In this document: piece by piece, positions 1-8,667 of the stretch
How positions within the stretch are numbered: position 1 is the stretch's first letter
Layout of the letters: every line of letters begins with the position of its first letter
Source: a virus
Lineage: Duplodnaviria; Heunggongvirae; Uroviricota; Caudoviricetes
Strand: one strand, 5' to 3'
Length of the DNA: 64,000 nucleotides
Virus record (IMG/VR): IMGVR_UViG_3300006155_000234
The notes under the pieces: generated by a model
Seen by the model: only the letters and a program-made list of their open reading frames with translations
Databases searched by the model: none
What the model was told of the DNA's origin: nothing
Program-made: the position numbers and the translations under genes

Positions 1-2
1 AA

Positions 3-1298
3 TTTTTAGGTGGTACTGATAAGCCAGATGTAGATAGTATAGAAGGTTTAAGCCCATCAATCAGTATAGATCAAAAAACAACTAATAATAATCCAAGAAG
101 TACAGTAGGTACAGTAACAGAAATCTATGATTATTTAAGATTATTATATGCTAGAATAGGTATACCATATTGTCCAACACATAATAAACCAATATCTAGT
201 CAAAGTATAGAAGAAATGACTAATCAAATATTGGAATTAGAAATTGGTACAAAAATTAGAATATTAAGTCCAGTAGTACATGGTGAAAAAGGAACACAAA
301 AAGATTTATTAGATGACTTAAAAAAAGATGGATATTCAAGAGTTAGAATAGATAACGAAGAATATGAATTAAGTGATGAAATAAACTTAGAAAAAAATAA
401 GAAACATAATATAGATGTAATAATAGATAGATTAATTATAAAAGAAGATATAAGAAGTAGATTAAATGAAGCAATAGAACTTGCTTGTAAACTAAGCAAA
501 GGTAAATGTGTAGTAGACGTTATTGGTGGAGAAGAAATAGTCATGAGTGAGAAATATGCTTGTCCAGATTGTGACTTTTCTCTACCAGAATTAGAACCAA
601 GATTATTTAGTTTCAATGCTCCATATGGTGCTTGTCCAGATTGTAAGGGTTTAGGTTTTAAACAAAAAATAGATGCAGATTTAATAATGCCAGATAAAAC
701 TAAAAGTATAATGGATGGTGGTATTGTTGCTTATAATATGGATGCATCAATATCATATACACAAATGATTACTTTAGCTAAACATTATAATATAGATTTA
801 ACTAAACCTATAAAAGATTTAAAGAAAGAAGAATTAAATCTAATATTATATGGCTCAGATGATGCACTTGAATTTAATTATATATCTAATAATGGTAATA
901 CTAGAAAAACAACAGACTATTTTGAAGGAATAATAAATAATTTAGAAAGAAGATATATAGAAACTAAGAGTGGATGGATTCGTGAATGGTTAGAAAAATT
1001 TATGATGGAACTTCCTTGTACAACTTGTCATGGTTCTAGATTAAATGAAAGCGTATTAGCTGTAAAGGTAGGGCAGAAAAGTATACATGAAATGACACAA
1101 CTACCTATTGGAGAGCTATATGAATTCTTAGAAAAACTAAAATTAAATAAAGAGCAAGAAAAAATAGCTGAATTAATTTTAAAAGAAATAACGAATAAAG
1201 CTACCAAAAAAGCATATAAAGAATTATATAATAAGTCTTACATAAAAGATATAAAAAATAAATTTTATGGAGAATATAATATAGATGTTGAAAGTTAG
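3..1298 (+). pseudogene. uvrA: Truncated bacterial excinuclease ABC subunit A (UvrA) fragment; homology ends at ~1190 and the frame runs on into ~35 unrelated codons
   Basis: Frame open from nt 3: FLGGTDKPDVDSIEGLSPSISIDQKT..PRSTVGTVTEIYDYLRLLYARIG; Zn motifs CPDC..EPRLFSFNAPYGACPDCKGLG and CTTCHGSRL. After ILKEI the expected RLxFLxxVGL is absent. Confidence 0.93.
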
Positions 1299-1342
1299 AA
1301 TGTTGATATAGATAGGTTATAAAGCCTATCTATAATTTTTTA

Positions 1343-1433
1343 AATAAATTTTGAAAAAACCCTTGACATATTTTAAAACTTATAGTATAATCACATCATA
1401 GTAAGGAAATAATAATTTTGAAAAGGAGAGGTT
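1343..1433 (+). repeat. 91-bp promoter+leader+RBS cassette; perfect inverted copy at 62207-62297
   Basis: Direct comparison with the reverse complement of 62207-62297. Confidence 0.92.
1363..1391 (+). promoter_or_regulatory. Early sigma70/sigmaA-type promoter (class A). Other -35 boxes at 3720, 8190, 12954, 14397, 50186 (+) and 21568, 22085, 53005, 62272, 63307 (-)
   Basis: TTGACA-tattttaaaacttatag(17 bp)-TATAAT with an A-rich UP element; the spacer is nearly invariant across copies. Confidence 0.9.
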
Positions 1434-1437
1434 CAAA

Positions 1438-1962
1438 ATGGACTATGTAAAGGAATGGAAAGAAAAAGAAGTAAAGTCAATATTAGAAGGTGCTGATGAA
1501 TACAAAGATAAACTAAAACAGTTAGAAGAAGTAGAAAAACAAGCTGGTTATGATTTAGATAAAGCAAAGATAGAATATAAAGAAAGAACAGGAGAAATTG
1601 CAGAATTGAAAAGATTAACACCAGTAGTTAAAGGATATGAGGATGAGGAATTAAATAGATTATATAAGATAAGAGAAAATGCAAAAGATGATTATTGGAA
1701 ATATAGATATAGTAATGCACTATATAGAGATTACGCTTGGAGTAAAGATTTGGAAGAAAGAGCAAGAAAACTAGTAGATAAGCATTTTAATACATTACAA
1801 GCAAAAGTTGAAAAGAAAATAGGAACTATAATTAAAATAACATCTTTAGGAGGAGACGATTATAGATTTGAAGGGACAGAAGGAAATTGTAAAGTGGAAG
1901 TAATATTAGCAGGTGGATATAATATTCAAAGATTACACACAAGATGGATAATAAAGAAATAG
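1438..1962 (+). CDS. Hypothetical early phage protein (C-terminal AGGYNIQRLHTR motif)
   Basis: ORF with AAGGAGAGG RBS, directly after a class A promoter. Confidence 0.8.
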   Translation: MDYVKEWKEKEVKSILEGADEYKDKLKQLEEVEKQAGYDLDKAKIEYKERTGEIAELKRLTPVVKGYEDEELNRLYKIRENAKDDYWKYRYSNALYRDYAWSKDLEERARKLVDKHFNTLQAKVEKKIGTIIKITSLGGDDYRFEGTEGNCKVEVILAGGYNIQRLHTRWIIKK

Positions 1963-1976
1963 GGAGAGGAAATACT

Positions 1977-2249
1977 ATGTATATATTAAAAGGTTATAAG
2001 GACAATATATCAAAACAAGATACTACAAGTGCAAAAGTAGAATTATTTAATTATGTTAGACAGTTAGAACAAAAAGGATGGATAGATGATATGATGGAGG
2101 GTGGGGTTATCTCACCTGATATTAGCACAATATTTTATTATAATAGAATGCCTTATGTAGGACAATTAGCTCAATTTAGAGCAAATGCAAGAGAACAATA
2201 CAGAAAAACATGTGAAAATTTAAAGAAAGATTTTATTGAAGTTAAGTAA
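1977..2249 (+). CDS. Hypothetical protein
   Basis: ATG 1977 preceded by GGAGAGG. Confidence 0.7.
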   Translation: MYILKGYKDNISKQDTTSAKVELFNYVRQLEQKGWIDDMMEGGVISPDISTIFYYNRMPYVGQLAQFRANAREQYRKTCENLKKDFIEVK

Positions 2250-2269
2250 AAAGAGGTAGGAGTATTATT

Positions 2270-2821
2270 ATGGAAAATCAAACTATATTAAACAATAAAC
2301 TAATAGCTGATTTAGATGCAGTTATTAAAGAAGGAATACAAATATTAAATGAAAGAACAGGAACAAAAATAAATAGTTATAGAGTAATAGGAGATAAAAT
2401 AGAATTAGTAATAGATGAAGTTAATTCAATGGATGAAAAACATACAGTATTAAAAGATAGATTAGGTATAAAAGAAGAAACAAATTCTGTAACTAATAAT
2501 ACAATAGATAAGTTTAAATACAGATTAGATACGATATTAAAAGATGACTTTAGAGATTATACAATTAAATTTAGAGCATTAGATAATACAGGAGATATAA
2601 TATTCATACATTTAGAAGTAAATATACCGACTATACCTTATCCTGTTAAAGTTAATTTTAAACTATATGAAGATGGATTTATTGATATGGGTTATATGCT
2701 ATTTGGTGCAGAAGGAATAGATGAAAAATGGACTGCAACATCAATAGATAGCCAAAGATTTATAGAAGTTTTAAAAAGTATTAAGGCTTATTATCTATCA
2801 AAGAATGAACTATCAGAATAG
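2270..2821 (+). CDS. Hypothetical protein
   Basis: ORF with AGGAG RBS. Confidence 0.75.
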   Translation: MENQTILNNKLIADLDAVIKEGIQILNERTGTKINSYRVIGDKIELVIDEVNSMDEKHTVLKDRLGIKEETNSVTNNTIDKFKYRLDTILKDDFRDYTIKFRALDNTGDIIFIHLEVNIPTIPYPVKVNFKLYEDGFIDMGYMLFGAEGIDEKWTATSIDSQRFIEVLKSIKAYYLSKNELSE

Positions 2822-2827
2822 GTTATT

Positions 2828-2842
2828 GTAAAATATTAATGA
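2828..2842 (+). promoter_or_regulatory. Putative late promoter motif (G)TAAAATATTAATGA (class B). Copies at 2828, 5299, 17250, 22135, 32176, 43735, 44874, 45273, 50914, 51301, 54455, 57632, 63392
   Basis: 13 intergenic, + strand copies of an invariant 14-mer, mostly upstream of structural or lysis genes. Confidence 0.85.
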
Positions 2843-2872
2843 TGATATAAAAATATAATGAGGTGAATTATA

Positions 2873-3622
2873 ATGTTTAAAAAAGATAATAGAATAAATT
2901 TAGTAGAAGCTACAAAAAGAGCTATATTAGAAAGTGAAACACCTGAACATATTGCAAAAGAATTTTCAGCAGGTGTAAGGAAATTAGATGATATTGTTTC
3001 TGCTTGTAAGAAAATAGATGTAAGACAAACAATGATAGAAAGAACACCAGATGGAAGTTGGCATATAATGACAACAGATAGAAAAGACTTATGTACTATA
3101 AGAGGAGATTATTTTACAGATAGTGAAATAGAAGATTTAAGAGATGATGGATATATCTATGAAAGAGATTTAGAAGAAAGTAATAAATTAGAAGAAAGTA
3201 ATTCAATAGAATATTTTAAACAATTTAGTGATATTATAAATAAGTATTTACCTGAAGAAGGACAGGGAGATACAATGGCTAGTCAAATAGTAACAGCAGT
3301 AAATAAGTTAATATATAGATACTTTAATGATGGAGATTACTTTGATAATGTTATTTCATACTTTGATTCTTATGAAGACCAATCTAGCTATGCAAACTGG
3401 TTAGATAAGTATTGCCCTGAAACATCAAGAATATTATATACTATAAAGGGTATGGGAAATAGTAAAGATTACGAAGCATTATTAAAAGCACTAGCAGATA
3501 TATGTTTTGATGAACAATTATTAGAAGAATATTCAAAGAAAAGTGCAGAAGGCGACATTTATGATTGCGATGGTAAATACCAAGTAGAAGAATATTATGA
3601 AGATGATGAAGATGAATATTAG
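2873..3622 (+). CDS. Acidic two-domain protein with LxE-type linkers; putative internal head protein
   Basis: After a class B motif; NLVEA, ILES and DLEESNKLEES linkers. Confidence 0.6.
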   Translation: MFKKDNRINLVEATKRAILESETPEHIAKEFSAGVRKLDDIVSACKKIDVRQTMIERTPDGSWHIMTTDRKDLCTIRGDYFTDSEIEDLRDDGYIYERDLEESNKLEESNSIEYFKQFSDIINKYLPEEGQGDTMASQIVTAVNKLIYRYFNDGDYFDNVISYFDSYEDQSSYANWLDKYCPETSRILYTIKGMGNSKDYEALLKALADICFDEQLLEEYSKKSAEGDIYDCDGKYQVEEYYEDDEDEY

Positions 3623-3783
3623 GATATAATTCAAATGATGTTAATATATGAGAGGTAGGTTATACCTCTCATCTTTAGTTATTGGGGGTAAATTTTTTAA
3701 ATAAATTTTGAAAAAACCCTTGACATATTTTAAAACTTATTATAATATAATAACATACTTAAAGAAAAGGAGGATTTGTAAGT

Positions 3784-4107
3784 ATGAAAAAAGTAAGAGG
3801 TAGGAAAGAGAATTTAGGTAAAAGGATTGATGAACTTCTATCATTAAAGAATAAAGCAAAATATGAATCATCAAGATATACAGAAATGTATGTTGAAGAT
3901 GTAGTTAAAGAAGCACAATCAACAATTACTAAACTTCAAGATAAATTAAACATATTACAATCTAGTAATAAAGATACTAATGAAAAAGAAATAATTAGAG
4001 TTGTAGATGATATGTTTAATATATTAACCAGAGAACATCCTAGTTTAATTCAAGTTGAAAATGATTATACTTTTTGGAATGATTTGAACAAAAAGTTCAA
4101 TGATTAG
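3784..4107 (+). CDS. Hypothetical early protein
   Basis: AAGGAGG RBS after a class A promoter. Confidence 0.75.
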   Translation: MKKVRGRKENLGKRIDELLSLKNKAKYESSRYTEMYVEDVVKEAQSTITKLQDKLNILQSSNKDTNEKEIIRVVDDMFNILTREHPSLIQVENDYTFWNDLNKKFND

Positions 4108-4120
4108 AAAGGAATGTATT

Positions 4121-4888
4121 ATGAAAAAGAAAAAATCAACAAATAAATTTAAGGCAAAGAAAGGAAAACACCTGAAAAGAAGAAGCTCTGATATATTTAA
4201 AACAAAAAGAAATATACCTTATAATGTAATTTTAAAGGTATTATTTATAATAGCATTATGTATAATAATTTATAATATGATAACAACTAAAGACGATTTA
4301 AAAGAAATCAATAATAGACTAAATGATGTAATAACAGTAATAGATAAAACACAGACAGAACAAAATACATTAACAGATAAACAAATACAGTTAGAAGAAA
4401 ATATGAAAATATTAGAAACATCTAAAGCAGAAAAGAAAGCTGAGGAAGAAAGAATTGCAAAAGAGAAGGCAGAAGCTGAAGAAAAAGCAAAGCAAGAAGC
4501 AATTAAATTAGCACAAGCAAAAACACAAGTAACTTCAAGAGGTGGAACTACATCAAGAAGTAGTTCAACAGTAACATATTCATTAAACGAATATCAATCT
4601 TATGCAAGAGATTTATGTTTAAATACTTATGGATGGACTGAAAATGATTTTCAATGTTTAGTTAAGTTATGGAATAGAGAATCAGGATGGAATCCAAATG
4701 CACATAATAAATCATCAGGAGCTCATGGTATTCCACAATCACTACCAGCATCTAAAATGGCTAGTGAGGGTGCAGATTATTATACAAATGGAAAGACACA
4801 GATAAGATGGGGATTAAAATATATCAAAGGTAGATATGGTTCACCATCTAATGCTTGGGCTCACTCTCAACAGAAAGGATGGTATTAG
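4121..4888 (+). CDS. Membrane-anchored lytic transglycosylase (SLT/lysozyme-like C-terminal domain on a coiled-coil stalk)
   Basis: Basic N-terminus, TM helix, coiled coil, then WNRESGWNPNAHNKSSGAHGIPQ..QIRWGLKYIKGRYG..GWY. Confidence 0.85.
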   Translation: MKKKKSTNKFKAKKGKHLKRRSSDIFKTKRNIPYNVILKVLFIIALCIIIYNMITTKDDLKEINNRLNDVITVIDKTQTEQNTLTDKQIQLEENMKILETSKAEKKAEEERIAKEKAEAEEKAKQEAIKLAQAKTQVTSRGGTTSRSSSTVTYSLNEYQSYARDLCLNTYGWTENDFQCLVKLWNRESGWNPNAHNKSSGAHGIPQSLPASKMASEGADYYTNGKTQIRWGLKYIKGRYGSPSNAWAHSQQKGWY

Positions 4889-4891
4889 TTT

Positions 4892-5062
4892 ATGGAAGAT
4901 GAAGAGGAATATTTTTGTAATAGATGTTGTCGACCAATAACAGAATATGAATATTATGATAATGTAGATGGTTATTGCCCAGAGTGTTATGAGGAAGTAT
5001 GTTTAGATGATGAAGATTGGACGGATAATACTTACTTGGAAGATGAGGAAGATGAATATTAA
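4892..5062 (+). CDS. 56-aa acidic Zn-finger-like protein (not in ORF track)
   Basis: MEDEEEYFCNRCCRPITEYEYYDNVDGYCPECYEEV..; two CxxC motifs; followed by a terminator. Confidence 0.65.
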   Translation: MEDEEEYFCNRCCRPITEYEYYDNVDGYCPECYEEVCLDDEDWTDNTYLEDEEDEY

Positions 5063-5065
5063 AAT

Positions 5066-5094
5066 AAAAGAGTAGTTATATACTACTCTTTTTT
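5066..5094 (+). terminator. Intrinsic terminator
   Basis: aaaagagtagt-tata-tactactctttttt hairpin with T tract. Confidence 0.7.
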
Positions 5095-5365
5095 GTTATA
5101 AAGATGTTATATATTATGTATGATATATTTTATTTTCTTTTCATATATCATATTCATCTTCATTTTATGTATCACTCATAAGATACATTTGTTTTATTTT
5201 TTATTTGTCAAAGTACGAATACAGAGATTTTGAAAAAGAACCCACTAACTTAGGCAGGGTTCTTTTTCTATGGGTATCTAAAATCTAATACCAAAATAGT
5301 AAAATATTAATGAGGGTAAAGCCCTTGAATAATTTTAAAATTAGAGAGGTAGGAGGAAGATATCC

Positions 5366-5839
5366 ATGAAACAATTAACAAAACAAGACATTTTAAATAA
5401 ACTTTATGAAATTGCAGAAAAAGAAAAATTAGATTTTACAAGAGAGGTTCAAAAAACTATTAGAAATGAAGTAGTACCTATGGAGGTTATAAAGATATTA
5501 AATAAGTATGATAAATCTTTTTTACCAATATATGATACATATAATGCTGTATATCTAAAAAGATTTAATAACCCATTATATAGGAATTTAAGAAACCCAT
5601 ATATAGATGTAAAGGAAGCAGCAATAGCATTAAGCTCATTAGTTACTAAAATGCTAATAAGTATAAGTAAAATGCCAAAAGAAGATATATCAATATTTTC
5701 TACTGTAATGAACATTTCAGGAATAAATCTAGCAATAACAAATTATGCAATTTATGGAAAAGAAGATGAAATTATGGAACAACATAGACAAGTAAGAGAG
5801 TTATTGGAATTGTTATTTTTAGAAGATAAGGAGGATTAG
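5366..5839 (+). CDS. Hypothetical late protein upstream of portal
   Basis: AGGAGG RBS after the class B motif at 5299. Confidence 0.75.
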   Translation: MKQLTKQDILNKLYEIAEKEKLDFTREVQKTIRNEVVPMEVIKILNKYDKSFLPIYDTYNAVYLKRFNNPLYRNLRNPYIDVKEAAIALSSLVTKMLISISKMPKEDISIFSTVMNISGINLAITNYAIYGKEDEIMEQHRQVRELLELLFLEDKED

Positions 5840-5840
5840 A

Positions 5841-7730
5841 ATGGGTTTTAGAGATAGAATAAAAAAGTTGACAGAAGATACATTTAAAGTAAGAATAATA
5901 CCTAAACAAACTCCTAGAGATAGTATGGCAATAACATCTGAAAAAAATTCATTACCTAACCAAGTTGATGAAGCAATAGATAGTGGAAAAAGAATTGACC
6001 TATCAGGTTTGAGAGATTTGATGACATTAAAGACAGATAGAAATGAACAATATAAAGCATACGAGGAGATGGTTGCAGATGGTAGAATAGGTGCTGCAGT
6101 TGAAATGTATGCTAATGATACAGTACAACAAAGTGCTGATGGAAGTGTTATTTGGGTTGAAAGTGATGATAAAGATGTAGCAGCCTATGGTAATAAGCTT
6201 ATAGAAGACTTAAACATAGACCAGAATTTATGGAGCTGGGCATATTGCTTATGGTTATATGGAGATGTTTATCTTGAATTATTTGAGAATACATCAACTT
6301 TAGGAAATAAACCAACATTATTAACAGAACCAATTAATCATAATGCTAATTTCCAGAAACAATTAGAAATAGAAGGTGCATATCTTGAAAGGTATATAGA
6401 GAAAGTACCAAATCCAGCAGATTTATATGACTTACAATTCAAAGGCAAAACAAGTGGGTATGTAAGGTCAAGAGAACCATTAGTAGCCACATACAAAAAT
6501 AGAATAAATACCTATAATGTTACATCATCAACTGAAAAGATAGATATAATGTCTCCTATGAAGTTTGTACATATATGTTTATCTCCTAATATAACACGAT
6601 ACCCTGAAAAATTTAGTATAGTACAAGATACAGATAAGGTAAAAGATAAAAATGGAAATATAACATCAAGTAATGAACAAGTACATGAAAATTCAACATA
6701 TACAGTTTTAAGAGGACAATCAATGCTAGAAAATGTATATGGACCTTATCAAGCATTAAAACTAAAAGAAGATAGTATATTATTAGAAAGAATAACAAAG
6801 GCTTCTATTACAAGAATTATACAAATAGAATTAGGTGATATGCCTGAAAGTCAAAAAGATAGAGTATTAAGAGATTTAAAAGAACAAATAGAGCAACAAC
6901 TTCAAATGAATAAAATATCAGGAGATGTAAATAGTAGAGCAAGTGCTAATCCAACAGAGAATATAATATATACAACTACTAAAAATGGTAAAGGTGTAAT
7001 TAATACAGTAAATATTGGTGGAGAAGCAGATTTAGGAAATATGGAAGATATTACCCAATCTGAAAATAAATTATATGGTTCTCTACAAGCAAATAAAGCA
7101 GCTTTAGGTGCAGATATGGATGGTACAGGTTTAAGTAATGGTGGTTCACTAACTGAATTAAATGCTATATATGCTAAAAGAATAACAAGAGGACAAAATG
7201 CAATAATATCAGGTATAACTACACTTATAAATATATTTGCATTAAGAGAAGGGTTATCAGAAACTCATGTAAACAATTTCACTGTTAGAATGGTTAAACC
7301 AGTTACATCTGAAGATACAAGAAGAGATGAATTATTATCTAATAAAATTAGAAATGTTGGAGATTTATTAAATCTTATTAGTGATAAAGATATGGTTGAT
7401 ACATTACCTAGATTAAGAATTATTGCACAGTTGATGGTAGATTACTTATCACAACAAGAAATTGCTGACATACTAAATGAAATTATAGAACAAAAAGAAA
7501 CAGAAGTTGATGAAGAAGAAACAGATACAGAAGGAACTTTTGATAGTATATCTACAAGTGGTGGTGGAATGTCAGGACCAAAACCAATGGGAAATGAAAA
7601 AGGACCAGATTTGGATAGTGGATTAGGTGAACCTAATATGCCAGATTTAGATAATAGTGAATCAGACGTTAGTGCAGGTTCAAGTGATGAAATAGACTTA
7701 TCAAGTATAGAAGGAGAAGACTTATTATAA
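5841..7730 (+). CDS. Portal protein (T4 gp20-like)
   Basis: YEEMVADGRIGAAVEMYAND, LYGDVYL, GQSMLE..LKLKEDSILLERITKA..RIIQIELGDM; acidic low-complexity tail. Confidence 0.85.
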   Translation: MGFRDRIKKLTEDTFKVRIIPKQTPRDSMAITSEKNSLPNQVDEAIDSGKRIDLSGLRDLMTLKTDRNEQYKAYEEMVADGRIGAAVEMYANDTVQQSADGSVIWVESDDKDVAAYGNKLIEDLNIDQNLWSWAYCLWLYGDVYLELFENTSTLGNKPTLLTEPINHNANFQKQLEIEGAYLERYIEKVPNPADLYDLQFKGKTSGYVRSREPLVATYKNRINTYNVTSSTEKIDIMSPMKFVHICLSPNITRYPEKFSIVQDTDKVKDKNGNITSSNEQVHENSTYTVLRGQSMLENVYGPYQALKLKEDSILLERITKASITRIIQIELGDMPESQKDRVLRDLKEQIEQQLQMNKISGDVNSRASANPTENIIYTTTKNGKGVINTVNIGGEADLGNMEDITQSENKLYGSLQANKAALGADMDGTGLSNGGSLTELNAIYAKRITRGQNAIISGITTLINIFALREGLSETHVNNFTVRMVKPVTSEDTRRDELLSNKIRNVGDLLNLISDKDMVDTLPRLRIIAQLMVDYLSQQEIADILNEIIEQKETEVDEEETDTEGTFDSISTSGGGMSGPKPMGNEKGPDLDSGLGEPNMPDLDNSESDVSAGSSDEIDLSSIEGEDLL

Positions 7731-7748
7731 TAAGGAGGTGGTGTAGTA

Positions 7749-8171
7749 TTGAAATTAAACATTATACAAGAATGTGATAGTGGTTTTACTCAACCATCAG
7801 CAGTTAGTAATATAAGAAAAGATGTATTTAAGAAAAAAGTTGAGGAAGCCTCTATTGATAAAAATTCTAAAGATGCAGGTATTCAATTTAGAGATTTAGT
7901 TGAAAAAACACAAGATGAAATAAATGACTATATAGATATATCTGGGTGGGATAATATTCCTAATAAAGTAAGAATAGCTTTAAAGAAATTTCAAAATGAA
8001 TTTGATAGAGTTATAAATGAATATAGTACACCACCTAGAGAAATACCTCTATATAAATTGTGGAAAATGCTAACAGATGAGGAACAAGATAAATTACTAC
8101 AATTAGTTGAAAATTTAAGCCATTTACTAGATGATGGATTTATAGTTAAGAATGAAAGAAAAAGAATTTAA
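7749..8171 (+). CDS. Hypothetical protein (TTG start)
   Basis: AGGAGGTG RBS; IIQEC and KKVEEA motifs. Confidence 0.7.
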   Translation: MKLNIIQECDSGFTQPSAVSNIRKDVFKKKVEEASIDKNSKDAGIQFRDLVEKTQDEINDYIDISGWDNIPNKVRIALKKFQNEFDRVINEYSTPPREIPLYKLWKMLTDEEQDKLLQLVENLSHLLDDGFIVKNERKRI

Positions 8172-8254
8172 TAAATTTTAAAAAAATACTTGACATATTT
8201 TAAAACTTATAATATACTCTTTAAAGAGTTAAAAATTTGAAAGGGGCTTTTAAA

Positions 8255-8647
8255 ATGGATAATTTAATTGAAATTGTAAATCCAGATGAAGAAGATTTCT
8301 ATAATGGAAGATTATTTATAGTAAGTGTATGGCGTGGTGCTGGTTATGCACTAAATCAATTTGAAGTGTATGGTAACGATGATATTGAAAAGATATTAGA
8401 AAAAGTTGTTGCTTATGCAGAAGATAATTGTAGTGAGATATTACTAGACCCAGATGAGGTATATGAAAGTATCTCTATGGATTTTGAAGAAGAATTTAAT
8501 GAATATATAAAAGAAAATCCAAATGAGAATGAGGATACATTTATTGCTGATTATTTTGAATATATGTATATTGATGGAACTATGGAAGGTGCAAGTCAAC
8601 CATATTACATTAGGACAGAAAATTTAAGAATAAAGGAAATTAAATAA
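8255..8647 (+). CDS. Acidic hypothetical protein
   Basis: After the class A promoter at 8190; AAGGGG RBS. Confidence 0.75.
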   Translation: MDNLIEIVNPDEEDFYNGRLFIVSVWRGAGYALNQFEVYGNDDIEKILEKVVAYAEDNCSEILLDPDEVYESISMDFEEEFNEYIKENPNENEDTFIADYFEYMYIDGTMEGASQPYYIRTENLRIKEIK

Positions 8648-8667
8648 GAAAGGGGATATTTAAAATT

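Noticed and set aside
5366-5839. Terminase small subunit call for the gene before the portal
   Set aside because: Position only; no recognisable motif, and no large terminase in the window.
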